NCBI RefSeq assembly: GCF_018001015.1
Contig: NZ_JAGNIV010000015.1
DNA: 64,000 nt
Reading direction: 5' to 3' (one strand)
DNA from: Phenylobacterium sp.
GTDB lineage: Bacteria; Pseudomonadota; Alphaproteobacteria; Caulobacterales; Caulobacteraceae
Under the pieces are notes generated by a model. It worked only from the letters and a program-made list of their open reading frames with translations. It was not told the DNA's origin and did not search any database. Both the position numbers and the translations under genes were made by a program. Below are positions 27,708-37,468 of the stretch, piece after piece. The stretch's first letter is position 1. Each line of letters begins with the position of its first letter.

Positions 27708-27852
27708 CCCGGCGACCCGGAGGGCGGCGCGAAGCAGTCAAGGCCGGGACCCAGATTCACCTCCGGCTTGAGGTGATTTTCGCCCGAGGCCGAGCTCTAT
27801 GACCTGGGTCCCGGCCTTGGCTGCTTCGCGCCGCCGAAGATCGGTCGCCGGG
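27708..27852. repeat. Long imperfect palindromic element (REP/MITE-like) with central terminator-like hairpin
   Basis: Arms GGCGGCGCGAAGCAGTCAAGGCCGGGACCCAG (27723-27754) and CTGGGTCCCGGCCTTGGCTGCTTCGCGCCGCC (27804-27835) pair with one mismatch. Outer CCCGGCGACC/GGTCGCCGGG. Inner hairpin TCACCTC-CGGCTT-GAGGTGA-TTTT (27757-27780). Confidence 0.65.
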
Positions 27853-27885
27853 AGGAGCGGTAGGGAAGATGACCCGCCGCGCGAT

Positions 27886-29457
27886 CTAGGTGCCGGGCTG
27901 GATATAGGGGACCTTGGCGAACAGGCGGCGCTCGGCGCCGCGCGGGTCGTCCACCAGCCGGGTGTCCGCATCGAAGACCATGGTGGCGCGCCGCGTCAGG
28001 TCATAGGGCGTCCAGGCGGGAAGCGCCGGGTGGTTCGGATTGCCGGTCTTAGCCATCGCGATGAAGGCCTCGCTCATCGCGTCGGCCACGGCTTGCGCGG
28101 CCGCCGACGGCGCTGTCGGCGAGCCCCTGGCCGCCAGGTTGTCGAACACCAGGGGGATGTCGGTGGCGTGCATGGCCCGCAGGCGGCCGGCCTCCACCGT
28201 GCTCGGCAGGTCCAGTTGGTAGACGAAGGCCGGCGCCCCGCCCCGCGCCCGTTCCTCGGCCTCGATCACCGCCCCGCGCCAGGAGCGGCCAGCCGTGATG
28301 GCGGCGAAGAACACCTCGCTGGGGGAATAGTCCGGGTACAGTTTCCGGTACGCCGCCACCACGTGGTCGGGGTCGATATCCACCCGCATCTCCGGCGCGA
28401 TCCGGCCGGCCACATCATCCCAGCCCAGGGCGAAAGGATCGGGCTTGGAATGGGCCACGAAGGCCCGGGCCTCGTCGTGGGTGTTGCCGATGATCATCGG
28501 GATCTTCAGCCCCTGGGGCGCGGCGTCCGGCCAGAACGGGTGTCGGGTCAGGGACCGCTCGTCCAGCACCGGGCCGAAATAGAGCCCCCCCGGCGTGAAG
28601 GGATCGCGCACCGCCAGCCCCTCCAGCAGCCGGGCCACGGGCAGGGTCGCGGCCTCGCCCGCCCGCTCCGGCGTCAGGCCCACGGCGGCCAGGAACAGGG
28701 TCATCCGCTCGGTGGCGTGCAGGGGGCCGGACGCCGTCACCTGCTGGCCGCTCATGGTGGCGGCGGTGTGGAACAGGCCCGCGGCGGCCGGCATGGCCAT
28801 CATGGTGGCGATCTTGGCCCCGCCGCCGGACTGACCGAACACCATGACGCGGGAGGCATCGCCCCCGAACTCGGCGGCGTTGTCGGCGACCCAACGCAGG
28901 GCCAGCAGGATGTCCAGCATCCCGACATTGCCGCTGTCGGCGAACTCCGGCCCCGCCAGCTTGGCCAGGAACCCGTAGCCGAAGACGTTGAGCCGGTGAT
29001 TGATCGTCACCACCACCACCTCGCCGCGACGGCACAGCCGCACGCCGTCATAGAGCGGTGAGGACCCCGACCCGTTCGAATAGGCGCCCCCGTGCAGGTA
29101 GACCATCACCGGGCGTCTGGCCCCATCGCGCAGGCCCGGCGTCCAGACATTGAGTAACAGGCAGTCCTCGCTCTGAGGCTGGTCGTCGCGGGACCCTTGC
29201 GGCGAGCTCGGCCCGTAGGCGGTGGCGTCCAGAACCTTCGTCCAGGCCCTCGGCGCCAAGGGCGGACGGAAGCGGCGTGGGGCGGTGTCGGCGCCGTAGC
29301 GGACGCCCTTGAAGACCTTGATCCCCTGGTCGACGTAACCCCGCACCGGGCCGTTGGTGGTCTTCGCGACCGGCGAGGGTCCCGCCGCCCACACGCCGCA
29401 GGGCGCCAGCAGGGCCCCGCCGGCGGCGATCAGCGTGCGTCGCGAGACCTCGCCCAT
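27886..29457 (-). CDS. Carboxylesterase type B (para-nitrobenzyl-esterase-like), Tat/Sec-exported
   Basis: N-terminal SRRTLIAAGGALLAP twin-arginine-like signal. EDCLLLNVWTP, VMVYLHGGAY and the nucleophile elbow FGQSGGG are typical of the COesterase family. Confidence 0.85.
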   Translation of the reverse strand: MGEVSRRTLIAAGGALLAPCGVWAAGPSPVAKTTNGPVRGYVDQGIKVFKGVRYGADTAPRRFRPPLAPRAWTKVLDATAYGPSSPQGSRDDQPQSEDCLLLNVWTPGLRDGARRPVMVYLHGGAYSNGSGSSPLYDGVRLCRRGEVVVVTINHRLNVFGYGFLAKLAGPEFADSGNVGMLDILLALRWVADNAAEFGGDASRVMVFGQSGGGAKIATMMAMPAAAGLFHTAATMSGQQVTASGPLHATERMTLFLAAVGLTPERAGEAATLPVARLLEGLAVRDPFTPGGLYFGPVLDERSLTRHPFWPDAAPQGLKIPMIIGNTHDEARAFVAHSKPDPFALGWDDVAGRIAPEMRVDIDPDHVVAAYRKLYPDYSPSEVFFAAITAGRSWRGAVIEAEERARGGAPAFVYQLDLPSTVEAGRLRAMHATDIPLVFDNLAARGSPTAPSAAAQAVADAMSEAFIAMAKTGNPNHPALPAWTPYDLTRRATMVFDADTRLVDDPRGAERRLFAKVPYIQPGT

Positions 29458-29694
29458 CGGCGTCTCCCCTCGTCTGGTCCGACCAGGATAGCCCCACCCT
29501 GACACCGGTGTCACGCCTCTCGCGGCGTCGTATCGGGCTCAGGGATGTAGCGGGACCTCAGCGGTCACATGTCGGCCAATGTTGGTGGGCCTGACCGCCC
29601 GCGAAGCCTTGCCCCACAAGCCTTCGTCGGCCACCACCCCGCGAAACAGGCCGTCTCCTCCATCCACCGCCGCCAACCGGTGGAATCGGCGCCC

Positions 29695-30804
<1,110 letters not shown>

Positions 30805-30944
30805 GGGGGATTCTCCAGGGCTGGCGCGGACCATGTCGGGCGCTCCGCGCGGAGGCAAGACGCCGGAAGCTCAAAATCTTCTGAGAAACGCGACCGACAA
30901 ATCGATGGGATGACTCCCCCGCGTTCACGACGAGCGGAGGAGCA

Positions 30945-32429
30945 TCACCCCGCCGACAGCGGCAACCGCACCCGCGCCACCAGCCCAGCCGCCGACGACA
31001 CCAGCACCACGTCCCCGCCGTGCGCGCGGGCGATCGATCGCGCCACGGCCAGGCCCAGGCCCACCCCGCCGCCGTCCAGGGTCCGGGCGGCCTCGGCGCG
31101 GTAGAAGGGCTGGAATACCCGCTCCTCGTCACCCGCCGCCAAGCCCGGTCCGTCGTCGGCGATCTCCACCACTGCGTGGCCGTCGTCTTGGAACACCCGC
31201 ACCCGGCCCCGCGCCCCGTACTTCACCGCATTGTCCAGCAGGTTGCCGAACAGCCGCTGCAGGCCCAGCGCATCGGCGTCCACTGTCACCGGGGTGCTGT
31301 CCTCTAGAACCGTCAGGGCCTGGTCGCCGGCGTCGTCCACCAGGCATTCCAGCAGCGACAGCAGGTCGAGCCGCTCGCGGGGCCGCGCGGCGCTGGCGTC
31401 GCGGATGAAGGCCAGGACCGAGGTGATCATCGCCTCCATCTGGGCGACGTCGGCCAGGACGGCATCCTTCACCGGCTTCGGCGCGCCTTCCAGCTTGAAC
31501 CGGATGCGAGCCAGCGGCGTGCGCAGGTCATGGGAGATGGCGCCCACCATGGCGGTGCGGTCGTCGATGAACCGCTTCAGGCGGACCTGCATGTCGTTGA
31601 AGGCGCGCGCCGCGGCGCCCACCTCGGCGGGGCCCGACAGGGCCATGAGCGGGCCGCTAGGGTCACGTCCCAGGGTCTCGGCGGCGCGGGCGAACCGGTC
31701 CAGCGGCGCGGTGATCCGGCGGGCGAAGACATAGCCCAGCGGCGCCACCAGCAACAGGCAGCCGCCGAGCCACAGCAGAACCCGCCGCTGCCAGTCATTG
31801 GGGAAGGGCTCGGGCTGCGGGCGCACCACCAGCCACTGGCCGTCGGATTGGCGTACCGCGGCGCTGAATTCGCCGAACAGCGGCGGCCCCATCTCCCGGA
31901 AGGCCATGACCCGCGCCGGACCGTGAGGTCCGGGACCGGCCTCGAAGAGCAGGTTCCAATCTCCACGTTGGCCCGGCGGCGGGGGCGGCCCATCCCCAGG
32001 CGGCGGCGGCGGCCCAGCTCGCTCCTCCATGACCTGGCGGCGCATATTCATGTGCGGCCCCACGATCCCCAGGCGGCGATGCAGGCGGCTCGGGAAGTCC
32101 AGATGCTGCGCCAGCCGCACATCGGCCTCCGGCGCCCCCAGCAGGGCGGCGAGCCGCTGGGGTCCGTGCTCGCGGGGGAAGGGCTGGCTGGCTGGCTCGG
32201 CCGGCGGCGCGGCCTGGACCTGGCGCAGCAGGGGCCGCCCGAAGCGGGGGGTGAGAGAGCCGCCCTTCAGGGCCTGGGCGACGTCCTCGATCCGGTAGAC
32301 CGCGCGCGGCGGCGGCGGCATCAACACGACGACGGCGAAGGTCATCGCCTGGGCCGCGATCAGGCTGACCACCAGCAGGGCCACCAGCTGCAGGGCGATG
32401 GGCGCGCGGGTGCGCCCGCCTGCGCTCAC
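30945..32429 (-). CDS. Two-component sensor histidine kinase (TM-periplasmic-TM-HAMP-HisKA-HATPase)
   Basis: H-box AISHDLRTPLARI. N box GNLLDNAVKYG. G boxes DDGPGL and GGVGLGLAVARSI. GTG at 32429 forms a GTGA overlap with the response-regulator stop. Confidence 0.85.
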   Translation of the reverse strand: MSAGGRTRAPIALQLVALLVVSLIAAQAMTFAVVVLMPPPPRAVYRIEDVAQALKGGSLTPRFGRPLLRQVQAAPPAEPASQPFPREHGPQRLAALLGAPEADVRLAQHLDFPSRLHRRLGIVGPHMNMRRQVMEERAGPPPPPGDGPPPPPGQRGDWNLLFEAGPGPHGPARVMAFREMGPPLFGEFSAAVRQSDGQWLVVRPQPEPFPNDWQRRVLLWLGGCLLLVAPLGYVFARRITAPLDRFARAAETLGRDPSGPLMALSGPAEVGAAARAFNDMQVRLKRFIDDRTAMVGAISHDLRTPLARIRFKLEGAPKPVKDAVLADVAQMEAMITSVLAFIRDASAARPRERLDLLSLLECLVDDAGDQALTVLEDSTPVTVDADALGLQRLFGNLLDNAVKYGARGRVRVFQDDGHAVVEIADDGPGLAAGDEERVFQPFYRAEAARTLDGGGVGLGLAVARSIARAHGGDVVLVSSAAGLVARVRLPLSAG

Positions 32430-33130
32430 GGCCGGGTCACCTTGGCGTCGAACAGGTAGCCGGCCCCGCGGTAGGTCTTGATGACCTCGCCGCTGGCGCA
32501 ATCATGCAACTTGCGGCGCAGGCGGCTGATCTGCACGTCGATGGCCCGGTCGAAGACATCGGCCTCGGTCCCCCGCGCCCGCTCGATCAGTTCGTCCCGC
32601 GACAGGATCCGCTGCGGGTTGTCGAGGAAGACGCTGAGCAGGGAGAACTCCCCGGCGGTCAGCAGGATGGTCACCCCGTCGGGCGCCCGCAGCTGGCGGC
32701 GCACCCCGTCCAGGGTGAAGCCCAGGAAGTAGTAGGCCTTGCCCCGCAGCGGCCCCGGACCGCGGGCGTCCTCCCCGCGGCGCAGCACGGCGCGCACCCG
32801 GGCCAGCAGCTCGCGCGGGCTGCAGGGCTTGGCCAGGTAGTCGTCGGCCCCCAGCTCCAGGCCCAGGATGCGGTCGATCTCCTCGCCCATGGCCGACAGC
32901 ATGATGATGGCCGGACCACCCGCGTCGGAGATGCGGCGGCAGATGGAGAGGCCGTCCTCTCCGGGCAGCATCAGGTCGAGAACGATCAGGTCGATGGGCG
33001 CCCCGGCCAGCGCCTGCTCCATCGCCAGGGCGTCACCGGCCTGAAGCACCCCATAGCCGTGCTGGGAGAGATAGTCGGCGATCCCGTTCCGCAGCTCCGC
33101 ATCGTCGTCGACGACCAGGATCTGTGGCAT
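32426..33130 (-). CDS. OmpR-family response regulator
   Basis: MPQILVVDDDAELRNGI...DLIVLDLMLPGEDG receiver plus winged-helix LTAGEFSLLSVFLDNPQRILSRDELI...RLRRKL...IKTYRGAGYLF. Confidence 0.9.
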   Translation of the reverse strand: MPQILVVDDDAELRNGIADYLSQHGYGVLQAGDALAMEQALAGAPIDLIVLDLMLPGEDGLSICRRISDAGGPAIIMLSAMGEEIDRILGLELGADDYLAKPCSPRELLARVRAVLRRGEDARGPGPLRGKAYYFLGFTLDGVRRQLRAPDGVTILLTAGEFSLLSVFLDNPQRILSRDELIERARGTEADVFDRAIDVQISRLRRKLHDCASGEVIKTYRGAGYLFDAKVTRP

Positions 33131-33234
33131 GGGGAAGGCATGGGCGGCGGGGGTCATGAAAGCTTCAGTGCGGGCCAATAGTGGCGTCACTATCGCACCC
33201 CCGCCACAATTCGTCGCCGTAGCCGGCCGACGCT

Positions 33235-33741
33235 TCAGTCGTGGGACGGCCCGCCGGGGCCGCCGTGCATCATCATCACCTTGCGCCCCATCATCGGCCC
33301 CGCGCCATGCATCCGGTGCAGGGCGTCGAACACGGCCTGCTGCTCGGGCGCGAGGTCCGCGTAGAAGGCCCGCGTCGCGGCCTCCATCTTGGCATGATGC
33401 GCCTGGCGCTCGGCGGCCCGCTTGTCCATTTCGTCCAGCCGCTGCGGCGTGGTCATGGCGGGCTTGGGCGGGGCCATCCCCATGGGCGGCATGGCTTGCT
33501 GGTGCATGGCGTCCCGGAAGGCGCGCCAGGCGGCTTCCTGGTCAGGACGCAGGCGCAAGATGGTGTGCATGTCCTTGTCCATCTGGGCCATGTGCTCGGC
33601 CATCTTCGCCTTCATGGCGGCGGGGTCGCCCGCGCCATGCATGGCGTGCATGTCACCCATGCCGGGCGGCGGGCCGGGGGGCTGGGCGGCGGCGGGACCG
33701 GCGAGCAGGCAAATCGCCGCGAGCGCTGCATATCTGATCAT
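33235..33741 (-). CDS. Periplasmic Spy/CpxP/ZraP-family (LTXXQ-like) protein, Met/His-rich
   Basis: Signal MIRYAALAAICLLAGPAAAQ. LRPDQEAAWRAF and LAPEQQAVFDAL repeats are typical of the family. Met/His clusters at both ends. First gene of the operon with the RR/HK. Confidence 0.75.
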   Translation of the reverse strand: MIRYAALAAICLLAGPAAAQPPGPPPGMGDMHAMHGAGDPAAMKAKMAEHMAQMDKDMHTILRLRPDQEAAWRAFRDAMHQQAMPPMGMAPPKPAMTTPQRLDEMDKRAAERQAHHAKMEAATRAFYADLAPEQQAVFDALHRMHGAGPMMGRKVMMMHGGPGGPSHD

Positions 33742-33855
33742 GGAATTCCTCCGTGCGAGACTTGCACCCAAGCTCGCACGAACTGGCCCCGCCTTGATTT
33801 CAGTCACGGGCTCGCGATTGAAACATGGCTGAAACGGTGGGTGGAAGCTCCGGAC

Positions 33856-34359
33856 CTAGGACGGTGTCTTGTAGATCGACGGCGCTTTGCCGAGGTCGAT
33901 ATGCTCCATGGGAGCGCCGGTTTTCAGGTACAGATCCAGCTCACGAACGCGCGCCAGCGCAATGTCGATCTCAGCCTGAAGATTGCCTCCGGACGTAAAC
34001 CAGTCGGGCCCGCCGCGCCAGAAGCGCCAGCGCGGGGGCGTGCTCCGATAGATGCGTCCCGGAGATGAATGGGCCCATTCATAGCCTGGACCCATGCGTT
34101 CGGTCTGGCTCGTGCGAAACTCGATGACGTAAAATGGTTGGTCGTATTTCCGCCAATGGACAGCGATCTTGTCGAGGTGGCCCTCCCGGATCCGACCATA
34201 GCCCAGGCCGAAGATGTCGGGCTCAACCCCCGGCGGCGGTTTTCGCCCCCGCCGAAAGCCAAGCTCCTTGAACAGAGGATAGACCTGCTCCCGCACCGCT
34301 GTGACCAGAGGTTTTCGCGAGCCAATGTTCTCCTTCACCCAGGTTTCATAGGACGTCAT
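33856..34359 (-). CDS. Hypothetical protein (167 aa), lower-GC patch
   Basis: Clean ORF MTSYETWVKENIGSRKPL... with Trp/Tyr-rich, protein-like composition. No confident domain call. Confidence 0.6.
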   Translation of the reverse strand: MTSYETWVKENIGSRKPLVTAVREQVYPLFKELGFRRGRKPPPGVEPDIFGLGYGRIREGHLDKIAVHWRKYDQPFYVIEFRTSQTERMGPGYEWAHSSPGRIYRSTPPRWRFWRGGPDWFTSGGNLQAEIDIALARVRELDLYLKTGAPMEHIDLGKAPSIYKTPS

Positions 34360-34466
34360 CGGCGGTCGGTTTCCTTAGCCTCTTCGATGTCTTCGGTTTT
34401 TCGCCGATACCAGCGGTCAAGATTTTCGTTGGCGGCGCGCAGCCGCGCCTCCAGGCTCTGGGCCAT
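34356..34466 (-). CDS. Small ORF (36 codons), translationally coupled to the 167-aa gene; not in the ORF track
   Basis: Hand-translated MAQSLEARLRAANENLDRWYRRKTEDIEEAKETDRR*. GGGAG lies 9 nt upstream of the ATG (34466). Its TGA overlaps the downstream ATG (ATGA at 34356-34359). Confidence 0.35.
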   Translation of the reverse strand: MAQSLEARLRAANENLDRWYRRKTEDIEEAKETDRR

Positions 34467-34607
34467 ATCTCTAATCTCCCGATGGGACGCGCCGAACTGG
34501 AAGCCGAACTCAGGAGGTCAACAAACCTCACTATCGTCGGGCGAAACTAGCGGCGCTCGATTGCGCCAACGTTCCGAAATCATCTCATACTCTCGCTCGA
34601 ATAGTAA

Positions 34608-34622
34608 GAACAAAATAGGAAC
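34608..34622. promoter_or_regulatory. Perfect alphaproteobacterial LexA (SOS) box GAAC-N7-GAAC
   Basis: Read directly: GAACAAAATAGGAAC. Lies in the divergent region between the small-ORF/167-aa operon (ATG 34466, minus) and the GNAT-like gene (ATG 34733, plus). Confidence 0.5.
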
Positions 34623-34732
34623 AAAAAGGGTCCGCTCGTTGGATGTATCGCTCTAACGCTCCTGAGCGCATTACGCTTTGACCCCGAACGAACGCCCTGG
34701 TTGAAAGCGCAGGCAAGTTCCAGGAGACCCAG

Positions 34733-35050
34733 ATGGCGGCCGACGACGACCTGACCGTGACCATGGACACCGACACCCACCGCTTCGAGGTCAAGCTGGG
34801 CGCGGAGACTGCCTTCGCCGAGTACCGGCTGAAGGACGACACCATAACCTTCCCCCACACCGTCGTGCCCGACGCCTTCTCCGGCAAGGGCGTGGGGGGC
34901 AGACTGGTCCAGGCGGGCCTGGCCTATGCGAAGGACAACAGGCTGTGGGTGAAGCCCACCTGCAGCTTCTTCCACGCCTACATCGCCAAGCGGCCGGAGC
35001 TGCATGACCTCGTCCACCCCGACATGCGGGAAGGCCTGAAGGTTCCGTAG
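34733..35050 (+). CDS. Small GNAT-like N-acetyltransferase (YjdJ/Acetyltransf_CG type)
   Basis: HRFEVKLGAETAFAEYRLKDDTITFPHTVVPDAFSGKGVGGRLVQAGLAYAKDNRLWVKPTCSFF matches the about 100-aa GNAT-like family. Confidence 0.75.
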   Translation: MAADDDLTVTMDTDTHRFEVKLGAETAFAEYRLKDDTITFPHTVVPDAFSGKGVGGRLVQAGLAYAKDNRLWVKPTCSFFHAYIAKRPELHDLVHPDMREGLKVP

Positions 35051-35070
35051 CCCTCCGGCAAACCATCCAC

Positions 35071-35165
35071 GTCATCCCGGCCGCAGCGAAGCGGAGAGCC
35101 GGGACCCAGGGGCGGAGCGCTCGGCCCCTGGGTCCCGGATCGCCTATCGGCGTCCGGGATGACGG
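35071..35165. repeat. Nested palindromic element (REP/MITE-like), same family as 27708-27852
   Basis: Outer GTCATCCCGG / CCGGGATGAC and inner CCGGGACCCAGGGG / CCCCTGGGTCCCGG arms read directly. Shares the CCGGGACCCAG core with the 27.7 kb element. Confidence 0.65.
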
Positions 35166-35192
35166 GTTATTGTTTCTCGAGCTGAGGTGGCC

Positions 35193-36275
35193 CTACCCAG
35201 TCAATCCCTGCATCTGCGCCGCCAGGGCCCTTACCCGTTCCGGACCGCCCAGCAGCTGGCGGTTCAGACCCACCCGCTTGAACCAGAAATGAAGTCCCAG
35301 CAGGTCGGTGATGCCCATGCCGCCGTGGACCTCGGTGGCGGTGCGGGCGATGAAACGGGAAACCTCCGATAGGTGCGCCTTGGCGTGGGCCGCCACCAGC
35401 GAGCTCTCCTGCGGCGCGGCGTCAAAGGCGTAGCCGGCATACCAGACCAGCGACCGGCAGGGCTCCAACTCGGCGGCCATTTCGGCGCAGAGATGCTTCA
35501 CCGCCTGGAAGGAACCGATGACCCGGCCGAACTGCTTGCGCTCCTTGGCGTAGGCCACCGCCTTCTCGATCATCACATCACAGGCGCCCAGGGTGTCGGC
35601 GGCCAGCAAGACCCAGCCGGCGTCGCGCAGCCGGGCGAGCGCGCCCGCGTCGCCTGTCAGCGGTTCGGCGGCGACCTTGTCGAAGGTCAGCTCGGCCATC
35701 CGTCGCGTGAGGTCGATGCCGGTCATGATCTCGCGCCCGAGCCCGTTCGCCGTCCCATCGACAAGATGCAGAACGCCACCGGTGTCAGCGACGATCAACA
35801 GGTCGGCGGCATGGCCATCGGCCACGAACAGCGCCTTGCCCGACAGCTTGCCGTCAGACGCCATCAACCCGGCCCCGTCCCGTGCGCCGGCCACGGCCTC
35901 GGAGATCGCCACGGCCGCCGTCACCTGGCCCGACGCCAGCTTCGGCAGCCACCGCGCCTGCTGCTCGACGGACCCGGCCAGCCGCAGGGCCAATGGCGCC
36001 AGCACGGCCCCCAGGTAGGGAACCGGTGTCACCGCTCGCCCCAGCGCCTCGGCCATGAGAGCAGCGTCGAGGAGGGTGAGGCCCAGGCCACCATATTCCT
36101 CCCCGATCACGATCCCCGGAAGGCCGAAGTCGGTGAGCGCGGCCCAGACGTCGGCGCCCCGATCGGCGGGATCGGCGGCGAATTTACGGACCCGATCCAG
36201 GGACGACGCCTCGGCCAGTGTGCGGCTCAGGCTCTCCTGCATCATCCTCTGGTCGTCGGTGAGGGAGAAATCCAT
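35193..36275 (-). CDS. Acyl-CoA dehydrogenase family protein (downstream subunit of a pair)
   Basis: MDFSLTDDQRMMQESL... start. C-terminal ...ATEVHGGMGITDLLGLHFWFKR is typical of ACADs. TGATG junction with the upstream ACAD gene. Confidence 0.85.
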   Translation of the reverse strand: MDFSLTDDQRMMQESLSRTLAEASSLDRVRKFAADPADRGADVWAALTDFGLPGIVIGEEYGGLGLTLLDAALMAEALGRAVTPVPYLGAVLAPLALRLAGSVEQQARWLPKLASGQVTAAVAISEAVAGARDGAGLMASDGKLSGKALFVADGHAADLLIVADTGGVLHLVDGTANGLGREIMTGIDLTRRMAELTFDKVAAEPLTGDAGALARLRDAGWVLLAADTLGACDVMIEKAVAYAKERKQFGRVIGSFQAVKHLCAEMAAELEPCRSLVWYAGYAFDAAPQESSLVAAHAKAHLSEVSRFIARTATEVHGGMGITDLLGLHFWFKRVGLNRQLLGGPERVRALAAQMQGLTG

Positions 36276-37468
36276 CAGGCCACCGCCAGCTTCGGTTCGC
36301 GCGGCATGCCCAGCCCGCGCTCGGAGATGATGTTCTTCTGGATCTGGGCGGTGCCGCCGCCGATGATCAGCCCCAGGTCGAACATGTAGTTCCGCTGCCA
36401 ACCGCCCTTGGCGCGCAGGTGCGGTCCGTCCTCGTACAGCACGCCCAGCTCACCCAGGGCGTCGATGGCCAGGGCCGCGATCTGGTGGTTCAACTCACAC
36501 CCCTGCAGCTTGACCACCATGCCAGCCAGGCCGGCGGCCTCCCCGGTGATGGAGGCGGTCAGGGTCCGCAAGCCGTTGAACTTCATGGTCATCACCCGTG
36601 CCTGAAGCTGCATCAGCCGGTCAGCCATCACCGGGTTGTCGATCAGCCGCTGGCCGTCGACCGTCTCGCTCTTCATCAGGTCGATCAGGGCGGCGAACCG
36701 CGCCTCGGTGGCGTTGGGGTCCCCCAGCATGCCGCGCTCATGCTTGAGCGTCGCATTGGCCACGAACCAGCCCCGCCCCCGCCCGCCAACCACCGCGCTC
36801 TGCGGAACCCGCACGTCGGTGAAGAAAACCTCGTTGAACTCCGCCGACCCCGTCATGGTCTTCAGCGGCCGCACCTCGATCCCCGGGGTCGTCATGGGGA
36901 ACAGGATGTAGGAAATGCCGTCGTGCTTGGGCGCCTGCGGCTCAGTGCGCACCAGACAGAAGATCATGTCGGCCTGAGCCGCGGTGCTCGTCCAGATTTT
37001 TTGGCCCGAGATCAGGAAGTCTTCGCCATCCTCCACGCCCTTGGTCTGCAGGTTGGCGAGGTCCGAACCGGCGCCCGGTTCGGAGTAACCCTGGCACCAG
37101 ACCGTCTCCCCGCGCAGGGTCGGAGAAATCCAGCGGATCTTCTGCTCTTCCGACCCCACCTCCAGCAGGGTCGGGACCAGCATGGAGATGCCCTGGTTGG
37201 CGAAGCCGCGCGGCGCGCCGGCGGCGGTGAACTCCTCGGCGATGATTCGGGACTTCAGGATGTCGGGCTCCGCGCCGTAGCCGCCATAGGCTTTTGGGAT
37301 GGTGCGGGCGGCATAGCCGTTGTCGATCAGCAGGGCCTGCCATTCCATGGCCGCCTCACGGGGACGCTCGGCGCCGGCCCCGGACGCATACCGGTCCTTG
37401 TGCTGGCCAAGGAAGCCGCGCACCTGGTCGCGGAACGCCTCCATATCAGGCGAAAGCCTTAGGTCCAT
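36275..37468 (-). CDS. Acyl-CoA dehydrogenase
   Basis: MDLRLSPDMEAFRDQVRGFL...WCQGYSEPGAGSDLANL...GQKIWTS...GGGTAQIQKNIISERGLGMP are canonical ACAD blocks. Confidence 0.9.
   Translation of the reverse strand: MDLRLSPDMEAFRDQVRGFLGQHKDRYASGAGAERPREAAMEWQALLIDNGYAARTIPKAYGGYGAEPDILKSRIIAEEFTAAGAPRGFANQGISMLVPTLLEVGSEEQKIRWISPTLRGETVWCQGYSEPGAGSDLANLQTKGVEDGEDFLISGQKIWTSTAAQADMIFCLVRTEPQAPKHDGISYILFPMTTPGIEVRPLKTMTGSAEFNEVFFTDVRVPQSAVVGGRGRGWFVANATLKHERGMLGDPNATEARFAALIDLMKSETVDGQRLIDNPVMADRLMQLQARVMTMKFNGLRTLTASITGEAAGLAGMVVKLQGCELNHQIAALAIDALGELGVLYEDGPHLRAKGGWQRNYMFDLGLIIGGGTAQIQKNIISERGLGMPREPKLAVA

Noticed and set aside
34346-34531. Tracked 61-aa ORF (minus strand) upstream of the 167-aa gene.
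   Set aside because: Its composition (MRFVDLLSSASSSARPIGRLEIWPRAWRRGCAPP...) is not protein-like. A different frame gives a shorter ORF with an RBS and ATGA coupling, which is reported instead.
35193-37468. The adjacent acyl-CoA dehydrogenase genes as a novel heteromeric system.
   Set aside because: Paired ACAD genes with overlapping stop/start are common (heterotetrameric FadE pairs). I cannot judge catalytic-base or FAD-site loss by eye, so nothing unusual can be supported.
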